From Amphiscolops sp. MND2022 (taxonomy: Eukaryota): 64,000 nucleotides of DNA. The position numbers and the translations under genes were made by a program. This document shows positions 12,501 through 24,700 of this stretch, one piece after another. Each line of letters opens with the position of its first letter. Position 1 is the stretch's first letter. Below the pieces are notes generated by a model, which did not search any database, was not told where the DNA came from, and saw only the letters and a program-made list of their open reading frames with translations. Location of the stretch: the NCBI GenBank assembly GCA_964187785.1, contig OZ076409.1:86678001-86742000 (forward strand). Direction: 5' to 3'.

Positions 12501-12879
12501 ATACGATTTTGCTCCTCTCAAAATTATTGCTAAAGAGAAGCATAAGCCTATCTTCGATCTCCTAGTCCGCATTGTGGGCATAGTCGGTGGATCTTTCTCT
12601 TTATCTACTTTTTTCTTTTTCATTTTTGATTTCGTCACTTGTAAAGTTTTATCCAGTAAACCCAAAGACTCAGCTACCCTTTCTTCGAATGAGAAAAACG
12701 TCACAACATCGAATAAAGCTGATAATATTCCGAATGGTCATAATGCAACGAGTGCAAACGTTGCATCCTCAAACGCGCTTTACATTCCAACCAACACACA
12801 GGCATCAAATTACGTTTATCCTGTTGCTGCCCCTGCTGAAGCTTCTCAGTACAACATATCCAACGGGAAGAAAGAATAA
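6597..12879 (+). CDS. ERGIC2: ER-Golgi intermediate compartment protein 2 (Erv41); exons 6597-7068, 11610-11982, 12432-12879
   Basis: LDAFPK, N-terminal TM, DITVAMSC, CRFNGTLTVNR, NFSHRIDHLSFG, GIYFKYD, C-terminal TM. GT-AG introns join in phase (…TYQLS|VQEKQRVISH…). Confidence 0.88.
7582..9988 (+). mobile_element. Nested pair of family A Helentron-like elements in ERGIC2 intron 1
   Basis: Four tandem ~55 bp 5' units (TTAGTCGGCGCTTTTCTAGTGAAAAGAGCCCGACT) at 7585-7805; two 3' ends AGCGCCGACTTT-AGACG-TTCC-CGTCT-TGTT ending at 8354 and 9988. Confidence 0.7.
8793..9883 (+). mobile_element. Internally deleted RTE LINE with Cys-rich PHD-like insert
   Basis: 12 bp TSD AAACTGGATTTT (8781-8792, 9884-9895); (GAT)n tail; FVDLEKAFDRVP, KFVYLG, WFGHVVR, RPPGRPKKTW; no YADD region. 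Confidence 0.85.
10316..10930. repeat. Degenerate tandem repeat, ~250-270 bp unit, 3 copies
   Basis: TTTGACTAGATACTTAAGCCGGCTTCGCTGTATTT..CAGCGGAGTGGCAATTCTAGCC recurs at ~10316, ~10566 and ~10838. Confidence 0.8.
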
Positions 12880-13196
12880 AACTGAAGTTTCAAATTAAAG
12901 ATAGCACTCTTGATAGAACTTGGTGCAATGTGTTTAGTATGCTTCCACTATGTGTAAATTCTTCTTTTTCAAAATCGATAATCATCTCTTGCTGATATAT
13001 TTTATCCGTTTGTTTGCATTGGTTTTTGGTCTTCAAAGTTATATATTTCAACTGGTGTTTTTGAAAGTCTCCTAAAAATTGTAAGGAATGACAATATTTT
13101 GTGTAAAAGCTACGCAAGCTGCATTCAAAGACTTCTTTTTGTTAGTGGGCATTTTCGAAGAGCAATCAATGTTTCAAGCTTTTCAGACGAGCTGAA

Positions 13197-14102
13197 ATGG
13201 ACGAGTTGTTTGAAAAATATCAGTTTTCGAATTCCCAACGGTGTGCTTTCGAAATTGTGAAAAAAGCTCGAAATTTGCCTTCTTTCATGTCTGACATTGA
13301 AGACGAAGAACTTATATGGACGGTTGCCGTTGCAACCACAGACATGCCACTTAATCCGGACGAAAAACAAGTGAAGTTTTACGATGACGCAGTTGAAGAG
13401 AGAGTCCGTAGATTGGAAGAAGCTGAAAAAAGATACGGATGGTTCTCCTCAAAATGGACGAAAGCATCTATGCGCCAGTTGATTCTGAACTGGTTTTGTG
13501 GGTTAATGGTTATCGACCCAGAGTTGAGAACCAGCGATGGTTCTCCTATGCAGTTTGTTCACGAGTTTTATGGCCCCGGGTCAGGTTACCCTGATCCTGA
13601 GAACCAGACCGAGGAATGGAAACAAGGAACTATAAACTTCTACGTCCTAATGGCAAGGAGCATTTGCAAAGCTTATCCTTCTGCTACTTCCAAAGGTATT
13701 GTATCTTTCGCTGACATGAAAGATTTTGATTGGAGCAAGTATGATTGGGAAACAAAAACGCGAAACGCGGATATCTGTTCGCTCATACCTAATAAACTGA
13801 GACGAATGATTAGTATTCGTGCGGATGACAAAATGAAGTCATTCTATAATAACATGGGTCCTCGAGTTCGAAAGAAGTATGGTTTTATACTCTACGATGA
13901 TTACGAGAGTGCGAAATCAAGTGAAGGTGATTTTCTACCTGCCGATCTTCCGTCATTCGTTGGTGGCTCTTATAGGGTGGATATCCTGAAGTGTTTGAAG
14001 CATTTGTTTGTGAGGGAGCCTGATGCGTTACTGCTGTTGATCGAAACTTATGACGAAATGGAAAAGGCCGGTGAAATTCCAATGCCTCCACACATGAAGT
14101 AG
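13197..14102 (+). CDS. CRAL-TRIO/Sec14-like lipid-binding protein
   Basis: Intronless 301 aa ORF; GIVSFADMKDFDWS, PNKLRRMISI and LPADLPSFVGG resemble CRAL-TRIO motifs. Confidence 0.6.
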   Translation: MDELFEKYQFSNSQRCAFEIVKKARNLPSFMSDIEDEELIWTVAVATTDMPLNPDEKQVKFYDDAVEERVRRLEEAEKRYGWFSSKWTKASMRQLILNWFCGLMVIDPELRTSDGSPMQFVHEFYGPGSGYPDPENQTEEWKQGTINFYVLMARSICKAYPSATSKGIVSFADMKDFDWSKYDWETKTRNADICSLIPNKLRRMISIRADDKMKSFYNNMGPRVRKKYGFILYDDYESAKSSEGDFLPADLPSFVGGSYRVDILKCLKHLFVREPDALLLLIETYDEMEKAGEIPMPPHMK

Positions 14103-15090
14103 TTTATTCATTTAAACAGGAAGTATACCCAATCGTATTCGGATTATTTTCCCCGCTGAATATATCTGGATACAGTTTGAATTCGGCCAAGTGACCTTTT
14201 GAGGGTTTTCCACTGATCCGGTTTGCATGAAATTGGAAAAATCTTAACGCGTAGGCTTTGCGCGTGTTATTCATGTTCGACGAAGTCACACTAACGGTTT
14301 ATACTAACGGAGTCTCGTAGTTTCCTCAAAGTAGTTTTTGTTAGTTTCTAAAATAACCTTGAAATTGATATATGATTGCGAGACATTTTGAAACTGAATG
14401 CCCCTGGCGAACCTTATCATTTTCCGAATTATTTTTTCAACTGTTAAAATCGAAAATGATTTTTGTCAACCTTCTATTGCATGGATTGGACAATTTTAAA
14501 TGCATTCACCATAATTATAGTATAATGTCAATCCATATTGTTTAATGGATCAAATTTCCGAGAGTAGGCTTTGCTAAACGCTTGTATTCACCTTTTTTGT
14601 TCATTGACTATCGAATGGAAGCTGATGTACATTTCAACATCGCAGTTCCATATTTGCGGCAACATTGCTTTCGTAAATAAAATATGAATAATTGATGGTT
14701 GATATAAAATGACGTCAATCATCATATGACTGTTTTCATTGCTTCTCATACAAGAATTTATAGAATGTTGTTTTTATTTTTAGCTCAAAAATATTTTGTT
14801 CATCAGGCTATATAGCCATAAATAAGTTTCTGCTGGTGAAATTTTGATGTGAAAATTCATTTGCATCAACACACTTAAATTATGCATGAATGCATTGGTC
14901 TTTCGACACTTTTAACGGCGTGATAAACCTCATGACAAGGTCTCGTGATAAAAAATATATTTTTAGTCGCCGTTTTTTATACACGAGCCAAATTTTGCTC
15001 AGCTTTCTAAGATTGAAGTCAGTCGTTTTTATAAACGCAATTGAAAATATAAACCAACGTGAGCTCTTTCAGAATTAATTTGTTTCTACT

Positions 15091-15283
15091 ATGATGAACG
15101 AAGCCGAAGCTGCTCCATCTGAGGAAAAGGGTCCTTCCAAGAAGGCCTTGAAAAAAGCGGCGAAGAAAGAAGAAAAAGCGGCCAAGAAAGAAGAACACAA
15201 ACAAGCTAAAGGCACCAGCGTCGATGGTGGCGATGCAGGCGCGAATACCGCCGCAGGCAACTCAGCCGAAGATATCTCTGAAG
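15091..15283 (+). CDS. DARS1: Duplicated DARS1 exon 1 (alternative first exon or orphan)
   Basis: Same translation as 18754-18946, with an intact GT donor. Confidence 0.7.
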
Positions 15284-15539
15284 GTTTGTCATTTAGTTAG
15301 TTAGAAATGGATAAGTTTAGATCTGCCAGAAATTTCCCCTCAACAGCCTTTCAGTATGTGAAAAAGACTGTCTTTTTAGCCTCAAGTAGGGTTGTTGACT
15401 CTTTTACTCCGCGCTTCCGTTAGAGAAGGCAGGCTATCATAGTTGCTTTTTTGAGACCAGCTTTTTGTGACAGATTTTTAGTCGGCGCTTTTTCGTAGAA
15501 AAACGCAAACTATAATAGTGACTTTTTTTCTCTTTTTTA

Positions 15540-15830
15540 TTGCACATGACGAAGTCGATGTGCATTGCAGTCCAGCTAAGTAAGTTTTTTTTCCACTATA
15601 GTCAACTTCATAATGAGCGCCTTTTAGAAAAAAGCCAAAACCCCAGAGAGATTCGAACCTGCAACCTCCCGATTGCACGGCATAAGTGTTGGCCACTGTG
15701 CCATAGGGACGTTATTGAACAAAGTTGAACTGTTGAATATATACGCATGCGATTAAAATAATATATATACGCATATTAAAATAATCGATGTCTTCGTCAT
15801 GTGTTTCGAAGCACCGCTTCGCCTCTGTGT
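15540..15830 (+). mobile_element. Family B Helentron-like element
   Basis: Copy of 1744-2035. Confidence 0.75.
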
Positions 15831-17552
15831 GACCTTTTATGGTCCCCCTTTAAAAAAAACACTGAATTCCTTAATTAAAAGAGACATCATTTTGTTTCCT
15901 TAAAAAAGGCAGTGTGATTATTAATAAAAACAATAACAAACACTAATAAACAACAAACTAATGCATTAATAATAAAATTTAACTAAAGCGGTAATCTCTC
16001 CAGCATTTTTTTCTATGTTCCGGTTGTTCAATTTCTTTCGCTATTTTGTTTGAGAAGTGAACTTTATATTTGCTTTTAATTGTTTCAGCGGAAAATTTCT
16101 TTTTGACCAGACAAGATGGTAGGCTATTCCACAGGGGTAGAGTCCTTATGAAGAAACTTTTTCTCATGAATTCATTAGAGATTTTTGTATTGCATACCAG
16201 TTTCTTCGTTCTACTGTGATACTTCATTCTAGCTGTTGGTATTGTATTAGGACCACTGAAGGCTGGTAGTAGGTTATTGTGATATTTCCAGAAGTAAAAA
16301 CATGATTTATAGTCAAGAAAAATTCTTATTGGAAGTATATTGTGTTTAATTTTCAAATCACTAGATGAGTCTTGTTTTTGACGATTAAAACAGGCTTTTA
16401 CACCCCAACTCAATTGTTTTTCAAGTGTTGTTAAGAGATTTTGTGAAATGCCTTGAAGCAAAATTGCTGGATAATGAAGATGACTAAGAACTAGAGCATT
16501 CAGAAGCAATAGACAAACTTTTTCCGGCAAGAATTGTTTCACTGCATAAATCGTTTTGATACCACAGGCCATTTTCTTCAAGACATGCTTTACTTCATTT
16601 TCGTAAGTTAGATTTTGGTCTAAGTAAACTCCAAGATACTTTACAAAAGAACTAAGACTTGTGGAGTGATTTTTCACTTGTAATTTGAGATTTTTTGTTA
16701 ATTTGTTCTGAGAATTTTTGCAAAAGACAATGAATTCGGTTTTATCTTCATTGAGATTAAGTCTATGACTTTCGAAATATTCAACTAATTTGGCAATATT
16801 ATTTTCAAGTCGTTGTTTAGCAGTATTGACACATTTGTCGGCAACAAAAAGAAAAATATCGTCTGCATATTGGACTATTTTACATGTTTCGTCAATTATT
16901 TTCTGCATACTGTTAACGTAGAGGTTGAATAATAGAGGTCCAAGAACGGTACCCTGTGGAACACCTTGATATAGGCTAATCCAATCTGATGATGTATTTT
17001 GAAGAATTACTTTTTGAGTTCGGTTGGTCAAATAGCATTTAATTAGGGCAATTGCAGTAGAATCGAAATGATATCCTTCAAGTTTTTTCAAAAGAATTTC
17101 ATGGGAGATTGAGTCAAAAGCTTTTGATAGATCGAGGAAGGCTGCCGCTACCATTTTATTGTTGTTAATTTCTGATCTGATATTTTCAGTGGCATACAAA
17201 AGGGCATCAGTTGTTGAGAATTTTGCACGAAATCCAAACTGGATAGGACTTAAATAGTTATGTTTATTAAGATATTCAACCATTTGATTACGAATTACCT
17301 TTTCAAAAATTTTTGAAATTGCCGATGTGATTGAGATTGGTCTATAATTGTTTGGTTCTTCGGTGTCACCATTTTTGTATATTGGTACAAAATGTGCTCT
17401 CTTGAGATGATTCGGAAACCTTCCTTCTTCTATAAATGCATTTATTAAGTAGGTAAGAGGTTCAGCTATAATGTTGAGACAATCTTTGAGCGCCCAAGCA
17501 GGAATATTTGATGGTCCGAGCGGTTTGTTTGATTTTAATTGTCTCACTATTT
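15831..17552 (-). mobile_element. Truncated duplicate of the L2/CR1-type LINE (RT half)
   Basis: ORF 15979-17547 differs from 19642-22719 at about three residues and is cut at the duplication junction. Confidence 0.9.
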
Positions 17553-18753
17553 TCTCTCTTCCGTCATTCGTTGGTGGCTCTTATAGGGTGGATATCCTGA
17601 AGTGTTTGAAGCATTTGTTTGTGAGGGAGCCTGATGCGTTACTGCTGTTGATCGAAACTTATGACGAAATGGAAAAGGCCGGTGAAATTCCAATGCCTCC
17701 ACACATGAAGTAGTTTATTCATTTAAACAGGAAGTATACCCAATCGTAATCGTATTCGGATTATTTTCCCCGCTGAATATATCTGGATACAGTTTGAATT
17801 CGGCCAAGTGACCTTTTGAGGGTTTTCCACTGATCCGCCTTATGAAATTCACGCACTGGTTGCTTCTGGGTTTGCATGAAATTGGAAAAATCTTAACGCG
17901 TAGGCTTTGCGCGTGTTATTCATGTTCGACGAAGTCACACTAACGGTTTATACTAACGGAGTCTCGTAGTTTCCTCAAAGTAGTTTTTGTTAGTTTCTAA
18001 AATGACCTTGGAATTGATATATGATTGCGAGACATTTTGAAACTGAATGCATTTTAAAATGCGCCTGGCAAACCTGATCATTTTCCGAATTATTTTTTTT
18101 CAATTGTTAAAATCGAAAATAAATTTTTGTCAACCTTCTATTGCATGGATTGGACAATTTTAAATGCATTCACCATAATTATATTATAATGTCAATCCAT
18201 ATTGTTTAATGGATCAAATTTTCGAGAGTAGGCTTTGCTAAACGCTTGTATTCTTTTTTTTGTTCATTGACTATCGAATGGAAGCTGATGTACATTTCAA
18301 CATCGCAGTTCGATATTTGCAGCAACATTGCTTTCGTAAATAAAATATGAATAATTGATGGTTGATATAAAATGACGTCAATCATCATAAGACTGTTTTC
18401 ATTGCTTCTCACACAAGAATTTATAGAATGTTGTTTTTATTTTTAGCTCAAAAATATTTTGTTCATCAGGCTATATATCCATAAATAAGTTTCTTCTGGT
18501 GAAATTTTGATGTGAAAATTCATTTGCATCAACACACTTAAATTATGCATGAATGCATTGGTCTTTCGACACTTTTAACGGCGTGATAAACCTCATGACA
18601 AGGTCTCGTGATAAAAAATATATTTTTAGTCGCCGTTTTTTATACACGAGCCAAATTTTGCTCAGCTTTCTAAGATTGAAGTCAGTCGTTTTTATAAACG
18701 CAATTGAAAATATAAACCAACGTGAGCTCTTTCAGAATTAATTTGTTTCTACT

Positions 18754-21700
18754 ATGATGAACGAAGCCGAAGCTGCTCCATCTGAGGAAAAGGGTCCTTC
18801 CAAGAAGGCCTTGAAAAAAGCGGCGAAGAAAGAAGAAAAAGCGGCCAAGAAAGAAGAACACAAACAAGCTAAAGGCACCAGCGTCGATGGTGGCGATGCA
18901 GGCGCGAATACCGCCGCAGGCAACTCAGCCGAAGATATCTCTGAAGGTTTGTCATTTAGTTAGTTAGAAATGTATAAGTTTAGATCTGCCAGAAATTTCC
19001 CCTCAACAGCCTTTCAGTATGTGAAAAAGACTGTCTTTTTAGCCTCAAGTAGGGTTGTTGACTCTTTTACTCGGCGCTTCCGTTAGAGAAGGCAGGCTAT
19101 CATAGTTGCTTTTTTGAGACCAGCTTTTTGTGACAGATTTTTAGTCGGCGCTTTTTCGTAGAAAAACGCAAACTATAATAGTGACTTTTTTTCTCTTTTT
19201 TATTGCACATGACGAAGTCGATGTGCATTGCAGTCCAGCTAAGTAAGTTTTTTTCCACTATAGTCAACTTCATAATGAGCGCCTTTTAGAAAAAAGCCAA
19301 AACCCCAGAGAGATTCGAACCTGCAACCTCCCGATTGCACGGCATAAGTGTTGGCCACTGTGCCATAGGGACGTTATTGAACAAAGTTGAACTGTTGAAT
19401 ATATACGCATGCGATTAAAATAATATATATACGCATATTAAAATAATCGATGTCTTCGTCATGTGTTTCGAAACACCGCTTCGCCTCTGTGTGACCTTTT
19501 ATGGTCCCCCTTTAAAAAAACACACTGAATTCCCTAATTAAAAGAGACATCATTTTGTTTCCTTAAAAAAGGCAGTGTGATTATTAATAAAAACAATAAC
19601 AAACACTAATAAACAACAAACTAATGCATTAATAATAAAATTTAACTAAAGCGGTAATCTCTCCAGCATTTTTTTCTATGTTCCGGTTGTTCAATTTCTT
19701 TCCCTATTTTGTTTGAGAAGTGAACTTTATATTTGCTTTTAATTGTTTCAGCGGAAAATTTCTTTTTGACCAGACAAGATGGTAGGCTATTCCACAGGGG
19801 TAGAGTCCTTATGAAGAAACTTTTTCTCATGAATTCATTAGAGATTTTTGTATTGCATACCAGTTTCTTCGTTCTACTGTGATACTTCATTCTAGCTGTT
19901 GGTATTGTATTAGGACCACTGAAGGCTGGTAGTAGGTTATTGTGATATTTCCAGAAGTAAAAACATGATTTATAGTCAAGAAAAATTCTTATTGGAAGTA
20001 TATTGTGTTTAATTTTCAAATCACTAGATGAGTCTTGTTTTTGACGATTAAAACAGGCTTTTACACCCCAACTCAATTGTTTTTCAAGTGTTGTTAAGAG
20101 ATTTTGTGAAATGCCTTGAAGCAAAATTGCTGGATAATGAAGATGACTAAGAACTAGAGCATTCAGAAGCAATAGACAAACTTTTTCCGGCAAGAATTGT
20201 TTCACTGCATAAATCGTTTTGATACCACAGGCCATTTTCTTCAAGACATGCTTTACTTCATTTTCGTAAGTTAGATTTTGGTCTAAGTAAACTCCAAGAT
20301 ACTTTACAAAAGAACTAAGACTTGTGGAGTGATTTTTCACTTGTAATTTGAGATTTTTTGTTAATTTGTTCTGAGAATTTTTGCAAAAGACAATGAATTC
20401 GGTTTTATCTTCATTGAGATTAAGTCTATGACTTTCGAAATATTCAACTAATTTGGCAATATTATTTTCAAGTCGTTGTTTAGCAGTATTGACACATTTG
20501 TCGGCAACAAAAAGAAAAATATCGTCTGCATATTGGACTATTTTACATGTTTCGTCAATTATTTTCTGCATACTGTTAACGTAGAGGTTGAATAATAGAG
20601 GTCCAAGAACGGTACCCTGTGGAACACCTTGATATCGGCTAATCCAATCTGATGATGTATTTTGAAGAATTACTTTTTGAGTTCGGTTGGTCAAATAGCA
20701 TTTAATTAGGGCAATTGCAGTAGAATCGAAATGATATCCTTCAAGTTTTTTCAAAAGAATTTCATGGGAGATTGAGTCAAAAGCTTTTGATAGATCGAGG
20801 AAGGCTGCCGCTACCATTTTATTGTTGTTAATTTCTGATCTGATATTTTCAGTGGCATACAAAAGGGCATCAGTTGTTGAGAATTTTGCACGAAATCCAA
20901 ACTGGATAGGACTTAAATAGTTATGTTTATTAAGATATTCAACCATTTGATTACGAATTACCTTTTCAAAAATTTTTGAAATTGCCGATGTGATTGAGAT
21001 TGGTCTATAATTGTTTGGTTCTTCGGTGTCACCATTTTTGTATATTGGTACAACATGTGCTCTCTTGAGATGATTCGGAAACCTTCCTTCTTCTATAAAT
21101 GCATTTATTAAGTAGGTAAGAGGTTCAGCTATAATGTTGAGACAATCTTTGAGCGCCCAAGCAGGAATATTTGATGGTCCGAGCGGTTTGTTTGATTTTA
21201 ATTGTCTCACTATTTGCTTACACTCAAAAAGTGTAATGGGATTAAACTTGAATGTCGTTTTATTCCTGATTGCACCATCAATAAGTTCCTCACTAAATGT
21301 TCTTATTCCACCTAAGTAGTCACCCAATTTGGAAAATCTATAGTTTAGAAGATTTGCTATTTTCGTTTGATCTAATACAGTTTCGCCAAAAACATTTTTC
21401 AGAGATGAAATTATTGTTTTGGTTTTCAGTGATTTTCTGGCTTCATTTATGAAATTCCATTTTTCTCTATCATTGGATAGATCAGCAAAAACATTTGTTA
21501 GATAATCATTACGATCAGAGTTCAAACTTTCAATAAAATTGCTTTGGAATAATTTATATTTTGCGTCAGAAGGATTCATACTCTGATGTATTTGTTTGTA
21601 ATGTTGTTGAGTCTTTTCCGTAACCCATTTCTGATGTAACGTTAAGTTACTTTTATCGTTCCGGATGAAGACCGTTTTCTTCAATATTGATTTGTTTAAA

Positions 21701-24700
21701 GAGTTTTCAATGTAATTTGAGAATATTGAGAACAGTCCTTCAGCACAGCTTTGCCCATAGAAGTACTCCCAATCGCACTTTTGAACATAATATTGGAATA
21801 GTTCTTTATTATAGGTTTTCTTATCAAATATCGTTTTTCTAAAAACATTGGTTGTTTTCATCATCTGAATGTTAGTAATCACAGACGTAGCTAAATGATC
21901 AATAGGCTTTTTGCCGATGGTACGGAGAGGTGTGTCGGAAACAATAGCGGTAAAAAATGCAGCATTGCTGTGATCTGTTATGATATAATCAATCAATGTT
22001 TTTGATGTACCTTTTATTCTCGTAGGTTGATCAGTATTGCTAACTATCAGGCCATATGGAAGAATTACAGTTTCCAAATCTTGTTTTTCCCTTGTGTTGA
22101 GATAATTAATATTATAGTCACCCATTATTGTCAAAGGTTTATTTTCAACAATTGCATGATCTATGCTGACTGACAATTCTTCTAGGAATTGATGATATAG
22201 ACTTTTGTTCGGGTTATAAGAAACATTTATGAGTTGTTTTTGCTTGTTGAAAGAATTATTGTTCACACTGCATTCTATCCAAAGACTTTCAAAATTTTTC
22301 TTGTTCATGTAATTCAGATCTTTGCGTACTTTAGGATTCAGACTGGACGGAATTATTAACATTACTCCTCCACCATATTCTTTAGTCGGCGTATCTCTGT
22401 CAGCACGGAATGTTTTGAAGTTGTTTTGATTATTTTTCCATAGTTTCAAATCATCTGTTTCTTTGAGCCATGTTTCTGAAATACCATATATGGTATTTGT
22501 ACCAAGATCTTTTGTTATATCTTCTAGCGTCAACCTTTTTTTAATCAGGCTTTGCGCATTTACGTGGAACATTTTCAAATATTTGTTATTATTCTGGAAT
22601 AACTTTGTTAAGGCCTTGAAGTTAACTTGAGGCCCCGGGTTTGTTTCAACGTCACCACTTAATTTAAGCTTGCGCTCGGAATACGAAGTATAAAGGGTTT
22701 TTACGTTTTTCGTCAGCACTAGTGGTAGTTCATATAAGTAATTTGGAGAGATTACCGTATCAAAAGGGGGATTAATTTGGAATAGTTCCGATGGTAAAAG
22801 TTTTCCTTTTATTTTTTACTTTTTTAACGTAACCTACAAAACCGGACTAGACTAAAGGGTCCCCCCTTTCGATTTTTTTCCGGCATTGTGCGACTTTTTT
22901 CGAAATTTTTTTAATGTTTCAAAAGAGTCCCCCTTTCGAGTTTTTTGATATTTTGCAACAGAATATATGTTAATAAAGCCCAAAGGGTCCCCCCTTTTAC
23001 ATTTTTCGGCACTATGCGACATTTTCTGAAAGAAAAAAATCCAAAAAAACTTGAGGTTTTTTTTCAAAAAAAAGTCTTTTGCGCTTTTTGAGCCTTAGAT
23101 ATAGCGCCGACTTTAGACGTTCCCGTCTTCGCAATCAATAAAAAATTACGAAACGCAAAAAGAATATAGGAGAACGAAACTTTGTCTTTCTTGTCGACAA
23201 TCTATTAGAGTATTTGGGGCGAGTTATTTGTGTCAATGTAGCTTTTTTTCCGAGCCACCGGCAAAAAAGTAACAGGAAAAAAGTGAAATCTTCACGTTTC
23301 AGAGAAATAGCCTTTTCTCAGTAACTGAGCAACTGGTTGCTAAGTTACTGTCACACCCTAAAAACTAGGCTTAGGATTTATATGTATATCCATATTCCAT
23401 ATGTTTTTCCATATTTCGCCTTACATAATTTTTTCTCCATATTGATATAAATTAATCCATATTTAGCTGAATTGATACAAGTCTGAGAAAGGGCGATTTT
23501 CTGAGAAACGACACGATTAACAATCACTAATATCAGTATTTCTCGGAAATTAATATATTTTTTAATTTTTTACATATTCAACGCTTCCGCATTTCAGTTT
23601 CCGTCGGCATTTGTTTAGTCGGCGCATTTTCATTCAAGGAATTTTGCAGTGACTATTGTTTTTTCGTAAGATAATGTATGCGCAGTGAACGCTTTTTACA
23701 GAACTACTAAACTACTGGACCGGCAAGCGGAAACATATCTAAGTTAGTGCAAAAGTTCCCCTTCATTTATTTCATTTTAACGTAAGAAACGAAACGTATC
23801 CTATAGGGCCCTTTTGATTTTTTTTCGGCATTGTGGCACTTTTTTCCCAGTTTTTTTGTCTCCAAAGAGTCCCCCTTCAAATTTCTTGATGATTTGCAAC
23901 AAAATGGAGTTTCAAAAAGCCCAACGGTCTCCCCTTGTAAATTTTTCGGCACTATGAGACTGTTTCAAAATGCCTTTTTAGTGTGAAATGTTTTCTCAAT
24001 ATATACTCAGAAATCTTTTTCAATATTTTCCGAAATATTGACGTAAAATTCGGAGTAAAGCGCTATATCCCAGTTTTCGACGTTATATCCGAACTATATT
24101 GTGTTTTACTGAGGAGGAGGAGTTTCAAAATTATTGCGCTATATCCAAATTCTGACATTATCCGAAGTATATCGTGTTCTAATAAGGAGAAGCCGGAGGC
24201 TTCGCTCCTGCATTTAAGATAGTATAGGGGGTTCAATATGCTGGTTTTTTGTCCCTATGGTATTTGAACTTTGATATTTTGTCCAGACACCGTGAACCCG
24301 CCCATTCGTTTGTTTATTGTCACTAGTTTCCGTTAATCAGGTCAAAAAGGAGATTGTTCGATATTTAGATGCTTTGGTTGAGACAAATGTATATATAAAT
24401 GGCTGATGCTGTGAATTTTACTCGGATTTTTTTGCTGTTGATGAATCATTACTGAGCCTCATAAGTAATGGGCATAAGTAATGAGCCTCATAATGAGCCA
24501 GATTTTGAAATCAACCGATAGTTTTTTCAGAGAAGTGAATGTGGAAACGCTTAGCGGTGTTATGTATTGTTTTCCTGTTGAACTTTGATTGCTCGTGTCA
24601 TGACGATCATACAAGGCCTGATTATTTTTGTTTCAGGGAAATACGGAGCCTACCCTCTGATGCAAAGCCAGGAAAGAATAGAACGAGAGATGGTGGATAT

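Larger units (their letters stand above)
13946..21213. repeat. Tandem duplication, ~3.6 kb unit (13946-17552 and 17557-21213)
   Basis: CRAL-TRIO 3' end, spacer, DARS1 exon 1, family B element and LINE 3' half are all repeated; junction GTCTCACTATTT-TCTC-TCTTCCGTC. Confidence 0.92.
19138..23130 (+). mobile_element. Family A Helentron-like element hosting a LINE and a family B element
   Basis: 5' TTTTAGTCGGCGCT at ~19140; 3' AGCGCCGACTTTAGACGTTCCCGTCTT ending at ~23129. Confidence 0.65.

Noticed and set aside
17471..17713. 80 aa ORF as a new chimeric gene
   Set aside because: It is antisense LINE sequence fused by chance to the duplicated CRAL-TRIO tail, with no sign of a promoter or function.
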